From a virus (lineage: Duplodnaviria > Caudoviricetes): a stretch of 35,356 nt of DNA. The DNA is taken from positions 1 to 35,356 of IMG/VR virus record IMGVR_UViG_3300012933_000030, one strand, 5' to 3'. The notes beneath the pieces are model-generated. The model was given only the letters and a program-made list of their open reading frames with translations, did no database searches and was not told the origin of the DNA. This document shows positions 33,927 to 35,356 of this stretch, in pieces (position 1 is the first letter of the stretch; each line of letters begins with the position of its first letter). A program made the translations under genes and the position numbers.

Positions 33927-34495
33927 GTAAAGAAGCAATGACACTGGCGCTTGACGAATTGCGTTATGTATTGGACTGCATCAATAAAGACAAGATTCCA
34001 TTTGACGGTGATGACTTTCACGAAGCCATCAAAGCCCTAGAAGAAGCACTAGCCAAGCAAGAGCATGACTTACAAGACACACGTTGTGAGTGCTGTGGTT
34101 ACATGACTTATCAAAGGGAGCATATGGGCTGTATTCGCTCTGCCAAGCAAGAGCAGGGTGAGCCTGATAAATACGTTATGGACATTGAATGTACCAAGTG
34201 CGGGGCGAAACAATCAGGAATTCTTACTGTCAACACCACACCACAAGTAGCCAAGCAAGAGCAGGGTGAGCCTGATGATGAGGTGCTTGGTTTTAATGGT
34301 TGGGGGTTTCCTATTGAACATCCACCAAAGTTAAAGCGTGAGCCGCTAACGGATGATGAGTTGAAACCTCACATTGAGATAGCAATGAAGTATTACGGGT
34401 ATGACTCAACAAAATACGGACTGACAGCAACATCAGGTTTTGTTTGGCTTGCCAGAGCAATCGAAGCCGCCCACGGCATAAAGGAAAACACATGA
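33923..34495 (+). CDS. Modular accessory protein with repeated AKQE(QGEP) linkers (start moved to ATG 33923)
   Basis: GAGGA SD; MSKEAMTLAL...EALAKQE...REPLTDDEL...ARAIEAAHGIKE; two CxxC modules. Confidence 0.7.
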   Translation: MSKEAMTLALDELRYVLDCINKDKIPFDGDDFHEAIKALEEALAKQEHDLQDTRCECCGYMTYQREHMGCIRSAKQEQGEPDKYVMDIECTKCGAKQSGILTVNTTPQVAKQEQGEPDDEVLGFNGWGFPIEHPPKLKREPLTDDELKPHIEIAMKYYGYDSTKYGLTATSGFVWLARAIEAAHGIKENT

Positions 34496-34827
34496 CAGAA
34501 CAAGAAATCAGCCCATTCAAAGCACTTGATTTCATGCGTGACAACGCAGAGAACCTTGGCAGACTTAAAGGCCAGATGGTCTATATGCAGGAAAAGCGTA
34601 AGACGGTCAAGGCCATCATCATGGCATCGTCTAGCGAACGAACCGAATCAGCCAAAGAAACCTATGCGTATTCCCATGACGAATATATCCAACACCTTGT
34701 TGAGATGCGTGACGCTATTGCCGAATACGAAACGCTACGCATCTTGGTGTCAGCCGCAGAAGCAAAGATTGCTGTGTGGCGCAGTCTTGAATCATCAGCC
34801 CGTTCTGAAGTGAGGTCCACACAATGA
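34492..34827 (+). CDS. Helical conserved phage protein (possibly UvsY-like; start moved to ATG 34492)
   Basis: AAGGA SD; AYSHDEY...AEAKIAVWRSLESSAR pattern. The UvsY resemblance is weak inference. Confidence 0.6.
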   Translation: MTEQEISPFKALDFMRDNAENLGRLKGQMVYMQEKRKTVKAIIMASSSERTESAKETYAYSHDEYIQHLVEMRDAIAEYETLRILVSAAEAKIAVWRSLESSARSEVRSTQ

Positions 34828-35321
34828 TTGGAATTGCATTAACCTCAAGTGAAATAAAAATTTGCAATTATGTTGCTCGTTATCGTGATTATGAAACCAG
34901 CAAAAATGCAAAAGAAAATATACAAAACAAAAAGAAAAATGCTTTAGATTCGCTTATACATGGCACTATTGCAGAATATGCAGTAGCCAAAGTGTTTAAT
35001 CTAAATTTTGATTTGAACTGTGAATACAGAAACTTTGGCGCTGATTTAATTACGCCAACAGGGAAAAAAATAGACGTTAAATCAACAGAAAAAAAAGGTG
35101 GCGATCTTAACGCTGTCTATAAGTCAAAAGATAAGCCTTGTGACTTTTTTGTTTTAGCCGAAATTCGTCATTCTCACGTTGCAATCGTTGGATGGATTGA
35201 TCGTAAATCTTTTTTGAAGAATGAAAACATAATAGATGTTGGCAACGGTCCGTTTTATTCGGTTCCTCAATCAAAACTGGTCGCATTTAATGAACTCAAA
35301 GACAAAGAAGCATTATGGTGA
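34824..35321 (+). CDS. PD-(D/E)XK-fold nuclease-like protein, AT-rich
   Basis: GTIAEYAVA...GADL...IDVKST catalytic pattern. Confidence 0.65.
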   Translation: MIGIALTSSEIKICNYVARYRDYETSKNAKENIQNKKKNALDSLIHGTIAEYAVAKVFNLNFDLNCEYRNFGADLITPTGKKIDVKSTEKKGGDLNAVYKSKDKPCDFFVLAEIRHSHVAIVGWIDRKSFLKNENIIDVGNGPFYSVPQSKLVAFNELKDKEALW

Positions 35322-35356
35322 AGTCGCGAATCTTGGCTGTGTCCTCTGCCTTTTTC
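35290..35356 (+). CDS. Partial Ref/DUF968-like HNH-type nuclease (runs off the right edge)
   Basis: MNSKTKKHYGEVANLGCVLCLF; VA.LGC..C start motif only. Confidence 0.45.
   Translation, partial: MNSKTKKHYGEVANLGCVLCLF

Overview
The window is most of a tailed dsDNA phage genome (Caudoviricetes, HK97/lambda-like siphovirus). Gene content resembles uncultured freshwater phages of Betaproteobacteria; that host assignment is inference only. The minus strand (26176 to 1) carries the morphogenesis operon: HNH nuclease, TerS, TerL, portal, prohead protease, two tandem HK97-fold capsid genes separated by a terminator, head-tail joining genes, tail tube, chaperones with a -1 frameshift, tape measure, tail tip, a collagen-like fibre, four glycine-rich adhesin-like genes and a partial GT2 glycosyltransferase. 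A leftward block (31443 to 26351) has a Sak3-like annealase, MazG-like protein, YqaJ exonuclease, SSB, C5 methyltransferase and Dps/ferritin-like protein. A rightward block (31519 to end) has RusA, a DUF1376 replication initiator with internal repeats, small accessory genes and nucleases. I see no integrase, repressor, lysis genes, tRNA or CRISPR. The most notable items are the two-capsid arrangement, an 11-bp-phased T-tract array near the packaging region, two candidate structured RNAs (before the initiator and after ssb), a duplicated promoter-hairpin-RBS leader, and a repeated fibre/adaptor/Gly-rich tail module. All family calls are by motif recognition, without database searches.
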